A stretch of DNA of 64,000 nucleotides from Bacteroidota bacterium (GCA_027490225.1 JAIXYK010000006.1:1304-65303); one strand, 5' to 3'; shown: positions 10,334 through 20,983, counted from the stretch's first letter. Notes: generated from the letters alone by a model not told the origin. Made by a program: numbers and translations.

Positions 10334-11101
10334 ATGTCAAGAATATCAACTGATCAATTATTGGATGCCGGAGTTCATTTCGGTCACCTTAAAAGTAAAT
10401 GGAATCCAAACATGGCACCATATATCTTTATGGAACGCAATGGAATTCACGTTATTGATCTCAATAAAACTGTAGCGAAATTAGAAGAAGCTGCTTCTGC
10501 ACTTAAACAAATTTCTAAGTCAGGAAAGAAAATTCTTTTTGTTGCAACTAAGAAACAAGCGAAAGAGATTGTTGCTGAAGCGGTTAAGAAAATTAACATG
10601 CCTTACGTAACTGAGCGTTGGCCAGGTGGAATGCTTACAAATTTCGCAACTATCCGTAAGGCAGTTAAGAAAATGATTACCATCGATAAAATGTCAACTG
10701 ATGGTACTTTCGATACAATTTCTAAAAAAGAAAAATTAACGATTGCTCGTGAGCGTGAAAAATTAGAAACTCAATTTGGTTCTATTTCAGACATGAGCAG
10801 ATTACCAGCAGCTCTTTTTATTGTAGATATCAGCAAAGAACACATTGCTGTTGCTGAAGCAAGAAGACTTAATATACCAACTTTTGCAATTGTAGATACC
10901 AACTCAAATCCAAATTTAGTTGATTATCCAATTCCTGCAAATGACGATGCTGCTAAATCAATCTCTCTTATCATGGACGTTATTGTTGCTGCAATCCAAG
11001 AAGGATTAAGCGACCGTAAGGTTGAAAAAGATAAAGGAGAAGACGAAGGTAAAAAAGATAAATCTGAAGCTGTTTCAACTGAAGCTGCTCCTGCAGAATA
11101 A
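10334..11101 (+). CDS. rpsB: 30S ribosomal protein S2
   Basis: The N-terminal S2 signature LLDAGVHFGH is present, together with an acidic/lysine-rich C-terminal tail. Confidence 0.95.
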   Translation: MSRISTDQLLDAGVHFGHLKSKWNPNMAPYIFMERNGIHVIDLNKTVAKLEEAASALKQISKSGKKILFVATKKQAKEIVAEAVKKINMPYVTERWPGGMLTNFATIRKAVKKMITIDKMSTDGTFDTISKKEKLTIAREREKLETQFGSISDMSRLPAALFIVDISKEHIAVAEARRLNIPTFAIVDTNSNPNLVDYPIPANDDAAKSISLIMDVIVAAIQEGLSDRKVEKDKGEDEGKKDKSEAVSTEAAPAE

Positions 11102-11124
11102 CTAACCCAAAAAAATATATTATC

Positions 11125-11961
11125 ATGTCAACTGTAGCAATTTCTGCTAGTGATGTAAATAAACTACGCCAAATGACTGGCGCTGGTATGATGGATTGTA
11201 AAAAAGCGCTTACCGAAGCTGGTGGCGATTTTGAAGCTGCCATAGATTTTTTACGTAAAAAAGGTCAAAAAGTAGCTGGTAACAGAGCTGACCGTGACGC
11301 AAACGAAGGTGTTGTTATTGCAAAAGTTAATGCTGATAACACAAGAGCAACATTAGTTGTGCTTCATTGCGAAACTGACTTTGTAGCTAAAAACCAAGAT
11401 TTCATTAATTTCACTACTGCAATTAGCGATATCGCTCTAAATCAAGCTCCTGCAAGCGTAGAAGCATTGTTAGACATTTCTCTAGATGGACTTCCTATCA
11501 GAGATCGTATTACTGAGCAAGTTGGTAAAATTGGTGAAAAAATGGAATTACGTTACGAGCAATTAAACGCTCCTTACGTTGTTGCATACAACCACCCTGG
11601 AAACAGATTGGCTACAATTGTAGCTTTCAATAAAGTTGCTCAAGGAATAGAAGCAGTTGGAAAGGACGTTTCTATGCAAGCGGCAGCTATGGCTCCAGTA
11701 GCTGTAGATAAAGACGATGTAGACACACGCACTTTAGAAAGAGAATTAGAAATTGCCCGTGAGCAAATCCGTGCGGAAGGTAAACCAGAAGAAATGGTTG
11801 AAAAAATTGCTGCTGGTAAATTGAATAAGTTTTACAAAGACAGTACACTATTGAACCAAGAATTTATTAAAGACGGTAAACTTACTGTTAGACAATATAT
11901 TCAATCTGCTGATAAAGAATTAACCGTTACAAACTTTAAACGTTTTGCTTTAGGAGCCTAA
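11125..11961 (+). CDS. tsf: Elongation factor Ts
   Basis: The UBA-like N-terminus (LRQMTGAGMMDCKKALTEAGGDFEAAIDFLRKKG) is followed by an EF-Ts dimerisation domain. Confidence 0.95.
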   Translation: MSTVAISASDVNKLRQMTGAGMMDCKKALTEAGGDFEAAIDFLRKKGQKVAGNRADRDANEGVVIAKVNADNTRATLVVLHCETDFVAKNQDFINFTTAISDIALNQAPASVEALLDISLDGLPIRDRITEQVGKIGEKMELRYEQLNAPYVVAYNHPGNRLATIVAFNKVAQGIEAVGKDVSMQAAAMAPVAVDKDDVDTRTLERELEIAREQIRAEGKPEEMVEKIAAGKLNKFYKDSTLLNQEFIKDGKLTVRQYIQSADKELTVTNFKRFALGA

Positions 11962-11970
11962 TAATTTTTA

Positions 11971-12001
11971 AAAGAGAGAAGTAATTCTCTCTTTTTTTTT
12001 G
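11971..12001 (+). terminator. Rho-independent terminator after tsf
   Basis: The stem AGAGAGAA...TTCTCTCT is followed by a T9 run. Confidence 0.6.
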
Positions 12002-12009
12002 CCATTAAG

Positions 12010-12040
12010 TCCCGTTAATTTACACGGGATTTTTTTTGAC
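12010..12040 (+). terminator. Second hairpin plus T-run in tandem, upstream of pyrH
   Basis: The stem CCCGT-taatttac-ACGGG is followed by ATTTTTTTT. Confidence 0.45.
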
Positions 12041-12058
12041 CTAGAAAACCATTTATTT

Positions 12059-12766
12059 ATGAAATATAAACGCATACTTTTAAAACTTAGTGGAGAATCC
12101 TTAATGGGCGAAAAAAGCTTCGGCATTGAACCTGAGCGCATCTCCCAATTTGCAAATGAAATTAAAGATGTCGCTTTACAAGGAGTAGAAGTTGCAGTGG
12201 TTATTGGTGGAGGGAATATCTTTAGAGGTATTCAAGCTGTTGAAGGTGGAATGGACCGCGTTCAGGGTGATTACATGGGCATGTTAGCCACTGTAATCAA
12301 TAGTATGGCGTTACAGTCTGCACTAGAAGTTATTGGCGTTCCTACAAGACTTCAAAGTGCAATTAAAATGGAACAAATTTGTGAACCATTTATTAGAAGA
12401 AGAGCAATCAGGCATTTAGAAAAAGGCCGTGTTGTTATTTTCGGAGCTGGAACAGGAAACCCTTATTTTACTACAGATACAGCCGCAACATTAAGAGCAA
12501 TTGAAATTGAAGCCGATGTAATTTTAAAAGGAACACGTGTAGATGGAATTTATACCGCAGACCCTGAAAAAGATCCCAACGCCGTTAAATACGAAACCAT
12601 TTCATTTACTGAAGTTTATGAAAAAGGATTAAATGTGATGGATATGACAGCGTTTACTTTGTGTAACGATAACAAACTTCCTATCATCGTATTTGATATG
12701 AACAAAAAAGGAAACCTCAACAAACTAATAACAGGCGAAAAATTAGGTACGCTGGTTGAGTTTTAA
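12059..12766 (+). CDS. pyrH: UMP kinase
   Basis: [15 protein letters not shown]...GGGNIFRG...[16 protein letters not shown] is the UMPK signature. The start was set at the ATG at 12059, because the ORF-track start at 11999 lies inside the tandem terminators. Confidence 0.9.
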   Translation: MKYKRILLKLSGESLMGEKSFGIEPERISQFANEIKDVALQGVEVAVVIGGGNIFRGIQAVEGGMDRVQGDYMGMLATVINSMALQSALEVIGVPTRLQSAIKMEQICEPFIRRRAIRHLEKGRVVIFGAGTGNPYFTTDTAATLRAIEIEADVILKGTRVDGIYTADPEKDPNAVKYETISFTEVYEKGLNVMDMTAFTLCNDNKLPIIVFDMNKKGNLNKLITGEKLGTLVEF

Positions 12767-12813
12767 CTTTTGAATTATTGCTGAATTCACTTTTCTTTGC
12801 AAAAAAATAGATT

Positions 12814-13377
12814 ATGAACGAATTGGTCAAACCCAAAATTGATGAAACTACTGCTTTGATGGACAAAGCGATTGCTCACCTTGAAAACGAACTTGCTAAA
12901 ATTCGCGCTGGTAAGGCTAGTGCTGGCATGTTGGATGGAATTTTTGTTGACTATTACGGAAATAATACACCATTAAATCAAGTTGCGAATATCAATACAC
13001 CTGATGCTAGAACATTATCAATTCAACCATTTGAGAAGAAACTTCTTGGGGTAATTGAGAAATCTATTTTCGCTTCTAATATTGGACTTACTCCTATGAA
13101 CGACGGACAAGTTATTCGTATAGGTATTCCACCATTAACAGAAGAAAGAAGAAGAGACCTTGCAAAGCAATCAAAAGGTGAAGCTGAAAACGCAAAAGTA
13201 AGTATTCGTAATATTAGACGCGATTCTAATGAAGCCATTAGAAAAATGGTGAAAGACGGATTAGCAGAAGATCTTGCAAAAGATGCAGAAACTAAAATTC
13301 AACAAATTACTGATACCTACATTGTAAAAACTGATAAGATTTTAGAAATAAAAGAAAAAGAAATAATGACCGTTTGA
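12814..13377 (+). CDS. frr: Ribosome recycling factor
   Basis: The 187-aa ORF shows the RRF pattern (IRAGKASAGMLDGI...LTEERRRDLAK). Confidence 0.95.
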   Translation: MNELVKPKIDETTALMDKAIAHLENELAKIRAGKASAGMLDGIFVDYYGNNTPLNQVANINTPDARTLSIQPFEKKLLGVIEKSIFASNIGLTPMNDGQVIRIGIPPLTEERRRDLAKQSKGEAENAKVSIRNIRRDSNEAIRKMVKDGLAEDLAKDAETKIQQITDTYIVKTDKILEIKEKEIMTV

Positions 13378-13395
13378 TCATTTATTATATTCATT

Positions 13396-13437
13396 AAAAA
13401 ACCCCCGAATAAATCATATTTAATCGGGGGTTTTTAA
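13396..13437. terminator. Bidirectional intrinsic terminator between frr (+) and glmS (-)
   Basis: The stem ACCCCCGA...TCGGGGGT is flanked by A-runs and T-runs on both sides. Confidence 0.65.
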
Positions 13438-13455
13438 TTTAAGAATTATTTCTAC

Positions 13456-15303
13456 TTACTCAACTGTAACAGATTTTGCCAAATTTCTTGGTTGATCCAC
13501 ATTACATCCTCTCATAATAGCGATATGATAAGCCAGCAATTGCAATGGAACTACACACATTAATGGCGTTAATTCTTCATCCACTTCTGGAATTTCTATA
13601 GTATGATCTGCCAATGAAGAAACATCTACGTCACCTTCTGTAACAATGGCAATAATTTTCCCACCCCTTGCTTTTACTTCTTGCACATTGCTCAAAATTT
13701 TCTCATAAGCACCTTTGTTCGGAGCAATTACCACTACTGGCATTTCCTCATCAATCAATGCGATTGGCCCGTGTTTCATTTCTGCTGCAGGATAACCTTC
13801 TGCATGGATGTAGGATATCTCTTTCAATTTTAATGCGCCTTCTAGTGCTATAGGGAAATTATAACTTCTTCCTAAGTACAAGAAATTATTTGCGTCTTTG
13901 TAAATTGAACTGATATACTTAATCTTATCGTCCAACTTTAACATGCGTTCTACCTGATCTGGAATAGAGTCTAAACCAAACAATAAACTTCTGTATTTGG
14001 CCTCAGAAATTGTACCTTTTTTATGTGCAAATACTAATGCCATTAAAGTTAAAACCGTTACCTGTGCCGTAAATGCTTTTGTTGAAGCAACACCTATTTC
14101 AGGACCTGCATGTGTGTATGAACCTGCATGCGTGGCTCTTGGTATTGAAGAACCTACCACATTACATATTCCGAAAATTGTAGCTCCTTTTGATTTAGCA
14201 AGCTCAATTGCAGCGAGCGTATCGGCTGTTTCTCCAGATTGCGAAATTGCAATAACCAAATCGTTTTCGGTAATAATTGGATTTCTATATCTAAACTCTG
14301 AAGCGTATTCAACTTCAACGGGAATTCTTGCTAAATCTTCAATTAAATATTCACCAACTAAACCAGCATGCCAAGATGTGCCGCATGCCACAATAATTAT
14401 TCTTTGTGCGTTAAGAATTTTGTTCTGATAATCAATTATTCCACCTAACGTAACCTCACCTAATTCTAGATTCAAACGGCCTCTCATATTATCTCTGATA
14501 GAACGCGGCTGTTCATAAATCTCTTTTAACATAAAATGTTCAAAACCACCTTTCTCTATTGTTTCCAACTGCATCTCCAATGCTTGTATATAAGGAGTTT
14601 TATCTTGGTTTTTTATGGTCTTTATCTTCATCTCTTTACCACGTTCCAAGATTACAATTTCTTCATCATCCAGATAAACTACATTTCGAGTGTATTCAAT
14701 GATTGGAGTAGCATCCGACGCAATAAAATATTCATGATTCTGACCAACTCCGACTACTAAAGGACTTCCTTTCTTAGCACCAATCATTAAATCAGCATTG
14801 TTCTTAGAAAGTATAACGATAGCATATGCCCCAACTACCTGATTCAAAGCCATCTGCACCGCTTCTACCAAATTAACATTCTCATTTTTACGTATATTTT
14901 CTATAAGATAAATCAGCACCTCGGTGTCTGTATCACTTTTAAAAACATGACCCCGGTTTATTAGCTCCTTCTTTAAAGAAGCATAGTTCTCAATAATTCC
15001 ATTGTGAATTATTACAAGCTCTTCATTTTCAGAATAATGCGGATGTGCATTTTTATCATCAGGAATTCCATGTGTAGCCCATCTAGTATGTCCTACACCA
15101 ATTGTTCCACTAACATCTTTACCTTCAGTAAATGCCTCTAAATCTGCAACCTTCCCTTTGCATTTAAATAATCGTATATCTTTATCTTGCTCAACAAGCG
15201 CAATTCCTGCACTATCATATCCGCGATATTCGAGTCTATGAAGTCCTTTAATTAAAATTGGGTAAGCTTCTTTTTCACCCATGTAAGCTACAATTCCACA
15301 CAT
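13456..15303 (-). CDS. glmS: Glutamine--fructose-6-phosphate aminotransferase (isomerizing)
   Basis: MCGIVAYMG marks an N-terminal nucleophile Cys GATase domain. Two SIS domains follow, and the C-terminus is ...PRNLAKSVTVE. Confidence 0.95.
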   Translation of the reverse strand: MCGIVAYMGEKEAYPILIKGLHRLEYRGYDSAGIALVEQDKDIRLFKCKGKVADLEAFTEGKDVSGTIGVGHTRWATHGIPDDKNAHPHYSENEELVIIHNGIIENYASLKKELINRGHVFKSDTDTEVLIYLIENIRKNENVNLVEAVQMALNQVVGAYAIVILSKNNADLMIGAKKGSPLVVGVGQNHEYFIASDATPIIEYTRNVVYLDDEEIVILERGKEMKIKTIKNQDKTPYIQALEMQLETIEKGGFEHFMLKEIYEQPRSIRDNMRGRLNLELGEVTLGGIIDYQNKILNAQRIIIVACGTSWHAGLVGEYLIEDLARIPVEVEYASEFRYRNPIITENDLVIAISQSGETADTLAAIELAKSKGATIFGICNVVGSSIPRATHAGSYTHAGPEIGVASTKAFTAQVTVLTLMALVFAHKKGTISEAKYRSLLFGLDSIPDQVERMLKLDDKIKYISSIYKDANNFLYLGRSYNFPIALEGALKLKEISYIHAEGYPAAEMKHGPIALIDEEMPVVVIAPNKGAYEKILSNVQEVKARGGKIIAIVTEGDVDVSSLADHTIEIPEVDEELTPLMCVVPLQLLAYHIAIMRGCNVDQPRNLAKSVTVE

Positions 15304-15310
15304 AATTTTG

Positions 15311-16636
15311 TTAGTTTGAAGGTAAAATTTGGTAAAGTAATTCTAATCTAATTGGTCTACTTGCATTGCTGCCCCCATTAATTTTCACTCTAAATGAGGA
15401 AACTCCGGTACCTTTTGCCTGAATAAAGAGGCCACGATCTACTGCTTTTCCATCTAAAATAGATTGGATATATCTTGTAATGTTAAATTCGTACTGTTTG
15501 GTTGATGGTTTATAAGCACTTCCTGCATAATCCTCACTTACAAGCAAATCTGGAATCAATGTTAATGTACCATCCTCAGACTTAGTGATAAGGTTTAATT
15601 GCGGATTTACAGGATAAATTCCAATTGAAGAAGAATCAACAGGAACAAAAAGTCTTGCTTTGTTAACTAGAATATTTCTTCCTGCTTTCCAAGCCATTAA
15701 ATTTGGAAATTGGATTTTGGTACGAAGTCCACCCATTGTTTGCACAAAAGAATAGTCCTGCCCAAATCCTGGATTATTTATTAAATCTTGAACCTGTTGA
15801 GAATATTGATGATTAAACTGAGTAAACCTTGCTGCATTTTCATTTACTACAAATGAAATTCTAAGGCTGTCTTGAGTTAAATTCTTATAAAACAAATCAA
15901 TTCTTGCTCCCGCTTGAAGATTCAAATCTAAAATTGCTCCTTTTCCTGGCTGATTACTCGGTAATTCTGAGGTAATCTTTAAGCCTTTAAAAAAAGAAAG
16001 AAATGCATCAGCACTTAGCAAAACTCCTGGATTTGCTGCAATTTCATTCGCAATATTAATATCAAGAGGAATTCGAATCTGAGGGGCTTGTTTCTTCCCG
16101 GTAACTCTAACACTGTCTGTTAACAAAGGGAGAATTGGTCCTAAAGAACCGATTGGGCTTGCTGAAACAGCTACCTCTTTGTTACTGTAATAAACATCAC
16201 TTAAACTGAGGCTTTCTTCTAACCTAAAAACTTTAAAGGATTGCAATCCATTTAATTTGGTTACATCGCCATAGGCGGTTCTTAAAGGCAAGACTAACAC
16301 TAAAGAGTCGGCAATAAACCCTTCACCAAGAATTATGTTACTAACACTTGGTCTGAATTGACAAACAGTACTTGCATTAATAAGTCCTAAATACGGATCT
16401 TGATAGCTTCCTAAAAGATTAAAGACAAGCTCATCACTCTTAACTGAATCTTCTCTTTCTAAAGAAGACCTAACAGCTAAACTATCCGTTCTTAAAAGGT
16501 TTATAACATCTCCAGGATCTTGAACTTCTAAGCCCAGATCTGGTTGTTTACAACCTTGAAAAATAACTAATACAATGCTAAAAAATAAAGCAGAACTATA
16601 ACAAACAGTGTGTCTGCCAAAATGGAATTTTCTCAA
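15311..16636 (-). CDS. Hypothetical lipoprotein (DUF4270-like; the family assignment is tentative)
   Basis: The 441-aa ORF has a signal peptide plus Cys (VLVIFQGCKQ). It lies between the glycogen-synthase-like gene and glmS, as in many Bacteroidetes. Confidence 0.45.
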   Translation of the reverse strand: MRKFHFGRHTVCYSSALFFSIVLVIFQGCKQPDLGLEVQDPGDVINLLRTDSLAVRSSLEREDSVKSDELVFNLLGSYQDPYLGLINASTVCQFRPSVSNIILGEGFIADSLVLVLPLRTAYGDVTKLNGLQSFKVFRLEESLSLSDVYYSNKEVAVSASPIGSLGPILPLLTDSVRVTGKKQAPQIRIPLDINIANEIAANPGVLLSADAFLSFFKGLKITSELPSNQPGKGAILDLNLQAGARIDLFYKNLTQDSLRISFVVNENAARFTQFNHQYSQQVQDLINNPGFGQDYSFVQTMGGLRTKIQFPNLMAWKAGRNILVNKARLFVPVDSSSIGIYPVNPQLNLITKSEDGTLTLIPDLLVSEDYAGSAYKPSTKQYEFNITRYIQSILDGKAVDRGLFIQAKGTGVSSFRVKINGGSNASRPIRLELLYQILPSN

Positions 16637-16660
16637 GAGGTTTTATTAAAAAAACGTACT

Positions 16661-17494
16661 TTATTCAGCCATTTCGGCTACCGACTCCCCCAATAATACC
16701 TCGTCATAAAATGCATCATAAGCATCAGCATAATCGTCGACGTTAGTGCTTAAAATCAAAGGTTTCTTGAGCGTTAACGCATAATCAATTAATGATTTAT
16801 CTATATTATCGCTTCCGACAATAACTCCATCTGCAAATTGAATGGCATGTTTACATAAATTATCATAAGTAGGATTTTTCAAAATCTCTACACTTTCCGC
16901 ATCAATACCATCTAACATAAGTTTTTCGGGTAATCTGTGGTTTAATGCTGTGGGGAATGTATCATCATAAAGTGAATAAACAACTTTACTTTCTGCAAAC
17001 AAAGGATCGTCTTTATAATTTTTCTTAATCAATACCGGCAACAAAGCTGTCATCCAACCTTGGCAATGAATTACATCAGGAGACCAACCTAATTTTTTTA
17101 CTGTTTCAATTACTCCTTTACAGAAAAACAACATTCTTTCATCATTATCCTGAAAATACTCATCATTCTTATCAGTTAAAACTGATTTACGCATGAAAAA
17201 CTCTTCGTTATCAATAAAATATACCTGCATTCTAGCTGCTTGAATGGAAGCAACTTTTATAATTAATGGTTGATCATTATCATCGATGATTAAATTCATT
17301 CCTGATAACCGAATAACTTCGTGCAATTGATTGCGTCTTTCGTTAATGCAACCAAAGCGGGGCATAAAAGTTCTAATCTCTCGTCCTTTTTCTTGTATTG
17401 CTTGCGGCAACTCACGTGCAATTTTAGCAATATGTGAATCTGGCAAATAGGGGGTTATTTCTTGTGATACAAACAAAATTCTTGTTTTGGACAT
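16661..17494 (-). CDS. Glycogen/starch-synthase-like glycosyltransferase N-terminal-domain protein
   Basis: The N-terminus (KTRILFVSQEITPYLPDSHIAKIARELPQAIQEKGREIRTFMPRFGCINERRNQLHEV) matches the Glyco_transf_5-like domain of Bacteroidetes short glycogen-synthase paralogues. Confidence 0.6.
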   Translation of the reverse strand: MSKTRILFVSQEITPYLPDSHIAKIARELPQAIQEKGREIRTFMPRFGCINERRNQLHEVIRLSGMNLIIDDNDQPLIIKVASIQAARMQVYFIDNEEFFMRKSVLTDKNDEYFQDNDERMLFFCKGVIETVKKLGWSPDVIHCQGWMTALLPVLIKKNYKDDPLFAESKVVYSLYDDTFPTALNHRLPEKLMLDGIDAESVEILKNPTYDNLCKHAIQFADGVIVGSDNIDKSLIDYALTLKKPLILSTNVDDYADAYDAFYDEVLLGESVAEMAE

Positions 17495-17731
17495 AAGCAG
17501 ATTTTTAGTTAGAAAATGAAAATTTAAGGCTGCATGGAATTAAATTGAACCCAAAAATAAAAACAGAAGGCTGTTCAGTGAGCATGCAGTATTATTTGAA
17601 AACACAAAATTACGAAAAAAAATCGGAGAAAATCAAGGACAATCTATTAGCTTTGCCCCTTGTTTTATCCTAAATAGCGGATTTAGCGGAGATTAACTCA
17701 AAATTATTCTTGCTAATTTCTGCGATTCATC

Positions 17732-18571
17732 ATGAAAATAATCCGAACTGCTTTAGAAATTCATCAATACTGCTCTAATTTAAAAAAAACTGGTCGTAAA
17801 ATAGGATTTGTTCCAACTATGGGAGCACTCCATGATGGACATTTATCGCTCATAGATCTTTCGCTGTTAAAATGTGATGTAACTATCTTAAGTATTTTTG
17901 TAAATCCTGCTCAGTTCAATGAATCTCTAGATTTCAAAAATTATCCAAGACAAGAATCTGAAGACTTATTAAAGATTGGCCATAGAAAAGTAGATGCCGT
18001 ATTTATACCTTCAGTGGATGAAATGTATAGTAAAAATGAACCAATGCTCGAATTTGATTTGGAAGGTTTAGATTTAGTACTTGAAGGGAAATGGAGACCA
18101 GGACATTTTAAAGGGGTTATTACCGTTGTAGACAAATTGTTTAGATTGATAAGTCCCGACAAGGCATATTTTGGTCAAAAAGATTTTCAACAACTTTGTA
18201 TCATTAAAAAAATGAGTGCAGCGCTGCACCCGAATACTGAAGTTATTGGTTGTGAAATTATAAGAGAACCAAACGGGCTGGCCATGAGCTCAAGAAATGC
18301 TCTTTTAACTGATACTGAAAAATTGGAAGCATTAATAATTTCCAAAACCTTATTTGAGATTAAAGATAATTGGGAAAAATCATCTATTCAAGAATTGCTA
18401 AACAATGCAAAAAGAGAATTCGAGAAAAGTAACTTGCAATTAGAATACCTCGAAATTGTTGATGCTGAAACTTTGAATTCAATTTACACTAAGTCTAATA
18501 GCCCATCAATTGCTTGTATTGCAGCGAAAAGCGGAAATGTTAGATTGATTGACAATATCATACTTTACTAA
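17732..18571 (+). CDS. panC: Pantoate--beta-alanine ligase
   Basis: The HIGH-like motif GFVPTMGALHDGHLSLI is present, and the protein is 279 aa. Confidence 0.9.
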   Translation: MKIIRTALEIHQYCSNLKKTGRKIGFVPTMGALHDGHLSLIDLSLLKCDVTILSIFVNPAQFNESLDFKNYPRQESEDLLKIGHRKVDAVFIPSVDEMYSKNEPMLEFDLEGLDLVLEGKWRPGHFKGVITVVDKLFRLISPDKAYFGQKDFQQLCIIKKMSAALHPNTEVIGCEIIREPNGLAMSSRNALLTDTEKLEALIISKTLFEIKDNWEKSSIQELLNNAKREFEKSNLQLEYLEIVDAETLNSIYTKSNSPSIACIAAKSGNVRLIDNIILY

Positions 18572-18613
18572 CAATTGCTTGTCTAACAGATTTAATGTAG
18601 GTTTGCGCCCATT

Positions 18614-18961
18614 ATGCAAATTCAAGTTCTAAAATCTAAAATTCATCGGGTTACTGTAACAGAAGCTGATTTGAATTATATAGGCAGCGTAACCATTGAT
18701 GAAGACTTAATGGATGCTGCAAATCTGATAGAAAACGAGAAGGTTCAAGTGTTGAACTTGAATAATGGTGAACGTCTTGAAACTTATGTTATTAAAGGCC
18801 CTCGAAGCTCAGGTGTAATTTGTATGAATGGGCCAGCTGCAAGAAAAGTAGCTGTAGGAGATATTCTAATAATTATTTCTTATGGACTAATTGATTTCAA
18901 TGAAGCAAAAAGCTTTAAGCCTTGGGTAATTTTCCCAGAGACGAGTACTAACAAACTTTAA
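18614..18961 (+). CDS. panD: Aspartate 1-decarboxylase
   Basis: [32 protein letters not shown] matches panD; the protein is 115 aa. Confidence 0.9.
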   Translation: MQIQVLKSKIHRVTVTEADLNYIGSVTIDEDLMDAANLIENEKVQVLNLNNGERLETYVIKGPRSSGVICMNGPAARKVAVGDILIIISYGLIDFNEAKSFKPWVIFPETSTNKL

Positions 18962-18962
18962 A

Positions 18963-20009
18963 ATGAAAAAAATCTGGACTTCCATTAGATATTACATTTT
19001 TCTTCTAGTTGGGATTCTTCTATTATACTACGTTTTTAAAGATGTTGATTTCAATAGAATGTGGCAAGAAATTAAAGGGGCCGATTTCAAATGGATAGGA
19101 GCATCATTCTTATGTGGTTTATTTGCATTAATTTCAAGAGCCATGAGATGGCAAATTATCCTTTCGCCACTTGGATATAATCCTTCTTTTATGCACTGCT
19201 TTTATGGAGTTAATATTGGATATATTGCTAATGTAGGATTTCCAAGAATGGGGGAAATTATAAGATGTACAATTCTTAATCGTACTGACAATATACCTGT
19301 TAGCAAACTAATTGGTACCATTATTTTAGAGCGAGTTATTGACGTTATAATTCTCTTATCTCTCATATTAACCGTAATATTTGCAGAATTTGATCATTTT
19401 GGAAAGTTTTTTATTGATTTCTTTTCTCTAAAATTTGCCCCTCTGTATCATAGAATTGTTTCATTTGGTTGGGTAGTATATCCTGTTTTGCTAGTTCTAA
19501 TGTTTCTTGTTTTTTTTGTTTTAAGAAGCTTATTTAGAAAATTTCAACATACTGCAATTATTCAGAAAATAGGTAAGTTCTTTTTAGAAATAGGAGACGG
19601 ATTTAGTACCTTATTTAAAATGCGAAAAAGAGGCTTGTTTATCTTCCATACTGCTTTTATTTGGCTAAATTACTTTGCTATGACCTGGCTTTGTTTCTTT
19701 GCATATGCACCAACAAAAGCTCTGAAAGCGATTGATGGATTGTTTATGACTGTAGTAGGTGGTCTTGGAATGAGTGCTCCGGTGCAGGGCGGTTTTGGGG
19801 CTTATCATTTTTTAGTTGAGAAGGCACTAATGCTTTTCAATATTTTACCGTCAATTGATCCTTTAACTGGAAAAGAATTCAGACCAGGTTTGGTTTATGC
19901 TACAATTGTACATTCAACTCAATTCGTTTTAATTATTATTGCAGGAACGGCCTCATTAATTGCATTTTATTTTGTGAAAAAAGGAAATAATGAAACTCAA
20001 CAACTTTAA
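18963..20009 (+). CDS. Flippase-like / lysylphosphatidylglycerol-synthase-TM-region family membrane protein (UPF0104)
   Basis: The 348-aa polytopic membrane protein has the RWQIIL and GEIIRC motifs typical of the family. Confidence 0.5.
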   Translation: MKKIWTSIRYYIFLLVGILLLYYVFKDVDFNRMWQEIKGADFKWIGASFLCGLFALISRAMRWQIILSPLGYNPSFMHCFYGVNIGYIANVGFPRMGEIIRCTILNRTDNIPVSKLIGTIILERVIDVIILLSLILTVIFAEFDHFGKFFIDFFSLKFAPLYHRIVSFGWVVYPVLLVLMFLVFFVLRSLFRKFQHTAIIQKIGKFFLEIGDGFSTLFKMRKRGLFIFHTAFIWLNYFAMTWLCFFAYAPTKALKAIDGLFMTVVGGLGMSAPVQGGFGAYHFLVEKALMLFNILPSIDPLTGKEFRPGLVYATIVHSTQFVLIIIAGTASLIAFYFVKKGNNETQQL

Positions 20010-20487
20010 TTACCTGGAAAATAAGATTTTCACAGAGTTAGATTCCTTTTTGAGACTCTGCCGTTTATGGAAACTAAAAGATGAAAAAATAGTTTTTACA
20101 AATGGTTGCTTCGATATTTTACATAGAGGTCATATTAGTTACCTAGCAGCTGCAGCCGATTTAGGTACCAAACTTATTGTAGGAATAAATAGCGATACTT
20201 CTGTAAAAAGGTTAAAAGGACCTTCAAGACCAATTAACACTTTTGAAGACAGGGCATTAGCACTTGCTGCTTTAGGGTTTATAGATGCTGTTGTTGAGTT
20301 CAAAGATGACACTCCTGAGAAATTGATTGAATTAACTTCACCTGCCATATTAGTTAAAGGAGGAGATTACAAAGTAGAAGATATTATTGGAGCGAATTGG
20401 GTTGCTCAAAATGGCGGTGAAACTATAGTTATTCCTTTTGTTCAGGGATATTCAACTACAAATTTTTTGAACGATTTAAAAAAGTAA
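19990..20487 (+). CDS. rfaE2: D-glycero-beta-D-manno-heptose 1-phosphate adenylyltransferase (RfaE domain II-like cytidylyltransferase)
   Basis: IVFTNGCFDILHRGHISYL (the HxGH nucleotidyltransferase motif) and INSDTSVKRLKG are present. The gene overlaps the upstream gene by 20 nt. Confidence 0.75.
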   Translation: MKLNNFNYLENKIFTELDSFLRLCRLWKLKDEKIVFTNGCFDILHRGHISYLAAAADLGTKLIVGINSDTSVKRLKGPSRPINTFEDRALALAALGFIDAVVEFKDDTPEKLIELTSPAILVKGGDYKVEDIIGANWVAQNGGETIVIPFVQGYSTTNFLNDLKK

Positions 20488-20540
20488 GTTAATTGACAAT
20501 TTTTTATTATAAATTTGTATTCGTTCAAAGTAAAACCGAA

Positions 20541-20933
20541 ATGTTTAAAAAAATAATCTTACTGTTTTCTATTCCTTTATTGATGCTCTATTCTGGTTGT
20601 TCTTCAAATCAGGAAAGTAAAATAATAGGCGTTTGGGAATTAACAAGAATGGATGCATTACCAGGCGAATATCCTCTTGAACAATGGGAATTTACCGCTG
20701 ATAACGACATTCTTAAATATGAAGTTACTGAAATTGAAAGAAATCTTCTTTCGGTTGGCAGATGGGGAATAACCAAAAGAAATCGTTTAAACGTTGAAAA
20801 ATTTGAACTAGGATTTAATGGAGACTGGACTATAGTAAAATTAGATAACACTGTAATGAGAATAATTCTTCCAGTTGTAATCGAAGGTAGAAATGCTGGT
20901 CAAGTTTTAAAAGAATTTTCAAGATCTCAATAA
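20541..20933 (+). CDS. Hypothetical lipoprotein
   Basis: MFKKIILLFSIPLLMLYSGCSS is a lipoprotein signal peptide. The start was set at the internal ATG at 20541. Confidence 0.45.
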   Translation: MFKKIILLFSIPLLMLYSGCSSNQESKIIGVWELTRMDALPGEYPLEQWEFTADNDILKYEVTEIERNLLSVGRWGITKRNRLNVEKFELGFNGDWTIVKLDNTVMRIILPVVIEGRNAGQVLKEFSRSQ

Positions 20934-20955
20934 TTTATATTTAAAAGAATTATTC

Positions 20956-20983
20956 CTAATCCCGCTTATGCGGGATTTTTTAT
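20956..20983 (+). terminator. Hairpin plus T-run upstream of radA
   Basis: The stem AATCCCGC-ttat-GCGGGATT is followed by TTTTTT. The radA ATG is 3 nt downstream. Confidence 0.4.

Noticed and set aside
11999-12058. Upstream extension of pyrH ([20 protein letters not shown])
   Set aside because: It overlaps two terminator hairpins. The conserved UMPK N-terminus begins at [13 protein letters not shown] (12059).
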